IMG/VR virus record: IMGVR_UViG_2599185359_000001
Coordinates: 46,779 to 110,778 of that record
Direction: 5' to 3' (one strand)
Origin: a virus
Lineage: Duplodnaviria > Caudoviricetes
Length of the DNA stretch: 64,000 nucleotides
This document shows, piece after piece, positions 62,829 to 64,000 of this stretch. Each line of letters begins with the position of its first letter. The first letter of the stretch is position 1. The position numbers and the translations under genes are program-made. Below the pieces are notes generated by a model. That model was not told the origin of the DNA. It ran no database searches and saw only the letters and a program-made list of their open reading frames with translations.

Positions 62829-64000
62829 GGCTGCCGGCGGTGGAGAGCGACATGGAACGACCGAAGGTCAAATACTGTCAGTGGCAGAAGGGCACGCTGT
62901 ATTTCGGGATCAAGGGCAAGGACGGGCGGACTTCCTACACCGCGCTTCCGCACCCCAGCCACCCGGATTTCGCCAGCTGCTATGAGCCGCTGAAGAACGC
63001 GCACGAGGCGCGCAAGAAAGCGAAGAAGGAGAAGGTCGACACCGCGAGCGGATCGCAGCGCTATTACATCACCGGCTCGTTCAAAGCACTCGTTCACGAG
63101 GCCGAGAAGTCGCGAGCGTATCGGGACATGGCGCAGAGCACCCGCGAGAACGTGGATCGCTATTACCGCACCATCATCGCCGACTGGGGCGACAAGCTGG
63201 TCGCGGAGCTCGAGCCCGCCGATGTCGATCGGCGCATCGATGAGCCGGACATGGCGAGCTACCCGGGCAAGACGCTGAACTATCTGAAGTACCTGGCCGA
63301 TCTCATCGACCTGGGCATTCGCCGCGGCTACCGCAAAGACAAATACAACCCCGCGCGCGACGCCGAGCGGCCGGAGACCGGCGAGCGGCTCCCATGGCCC
63401 GACGACGTCTATGAGCGAGCGATTGACCGGGCCAGCGACATGATCCGGCTCGCGATCCAGCTGGGTGTCTACACGGGCCAGCGGATCTCCGACTGCATTC
63501 GCATCGAGCGCCAGGAGCTCCTGGCTTGCGCGGCCGCGGGTGAGCCTATGTCGCTCGTTCAGAAAAAGACGGGCGTTGAGGTGTTCATCCCGATCCACCC
63601 AGAGCTGGCTGCGATCGTCGAGGCGTTCCCGGCGAGCCCTGACGCGCCGACGGTACTCTACAACCGTCTGGGCCGCCCGTTTCCAAAGCCGGATCAGATC
63701 CAGGATCGGCTGAAGAAGCTGATGCTCGATCTGGGGTATTTCGACGAGGTCGAGCGCGCGGGCGAGGAGAAGCGCGACACGCGCTTCAAATTCCACGGGC
63801 TGCGCAAGCTCGCGGCGTGCCACCTGGTGGAGGCCGGCGCGACGCCGCACGAGGTGAGCGCCATCTGCGGCATGGATATTCAGACTGTGATCCATTACAC
63901 ACGCGGCGTCGCGAAGCGTAAGCTGTCGCGCGGGTTCAGCGACCGCATGAACACGATCAAACCGGGGCAGGAGCGCCCGGATCTGCGCTTGGTCGCTTGA
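62825..64000 (+). CDS. int: Tyrosine recombinase (phage integrase)
   Basis: TGQRISD (R), QKKTG (K), FHGLRK (HxxR), VIHY (Y); stop at 64000. Confidence 0.93.
   Translation: MRLPAVESDMERPKVKYCQWQKGTLYFGIKGKDGRTSYTALPHPSHPDFASCYEPLKNAHEARKKAKKEKVDTASGSQRYYITGSFKALVHEAEKSRAYRDMAQSTRENVDRYYRTIIADWGDKLVAELEPADVDRRIDEPDMASYPGKTLNYLKYLADLIDLGIRRGYRKDKYNPARDAERPETGERLPWPDDVYERAIDRASDMIRLAIQLGVYTGQRISDCIRIERQELLACAAAGEPMSLVQKKTGVEVFIPIHPELAAIVEAFPASPDAPTVLYNRLGRPFPKPDQIQDRLKKLMLDLGYFDEVERAGEEKRDTRFKFHGLRKLAACHLVEAGATPHEVSAICGMDIQTVIHYTRGVAKRKLSRGFSDRMNTIKPGQERPDLRLVA

Larger units (their letters stand above)
1..64000. mobile_element. Large temperate phage/prophage (SSU5/pHCM2-like gene content, siphovirus morphogenesis, tyrosine integrase); extends beyond the left edge
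   Basis: Continuous phage replication, lysis, tail, head, packaging and xis/int modules, with the same intergenic motif from 996 to 62602. Confidence 0.93.

Noticed and set aside
62738-63895. 385-aa minus-strand ORF
   Set aside because: Antisense shadow of the integrase

Overview
The whole 64 kb window is one large temperate siphophage genome segment. It is GC-rich with an alphaproteobacterial-looking nrdA and promoters, and its gene set and order resemble SSU5/pHCM2-type phage(-plasmid)s. Bases 1-57.9 kb are transcribed leftwards. In coordinate order they carry nrdA (partial), ruvC, sbcC/sbcD, recA, a 5'-3' exonuclease, SSB, dnaE, CobS/CobT-like proteins, an XRE repressor, primase, dnaB, phoH, lysis genes, tail, head, portal, terminase and a GNAT/ABC-ATPase/ParB module. 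Bases 58.0-64.0 kb are transcribed rightwards: SF2 helicase, dNMP kinase, spanins, excisionase and a tyrosine integrase ending at the window edge. The main non-gene signal is a 20-bp pseudo-palindrome (RTGTGTGTYRnnnnnCACAY) that I found by eye in 30 copies, all at gene junctions. Many copies sit on recognisable sigma70 promoters, several of them leaderless, which suggests a genome-wide single-repressor operator or 'stoperator' network. Two genes look split into re-associating halves: a CobT-like protein broken by a sigma4/anti-sigma-like cassette, and the tail-tip/fibre broken inside an FN3-like domain by an in-frame stop plus promoter and operators. Other points of interest are a DnaE-UDG-fold fusion, a 1393-aa Calx-beta/beta-helix/deacetylase protein in the head module, a -1 frameshift in the tail chaperones, displaced spanins and a single AT-rich island upstream of terminase. 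All functional calls come from motif recognition by eye; no database searches were run.
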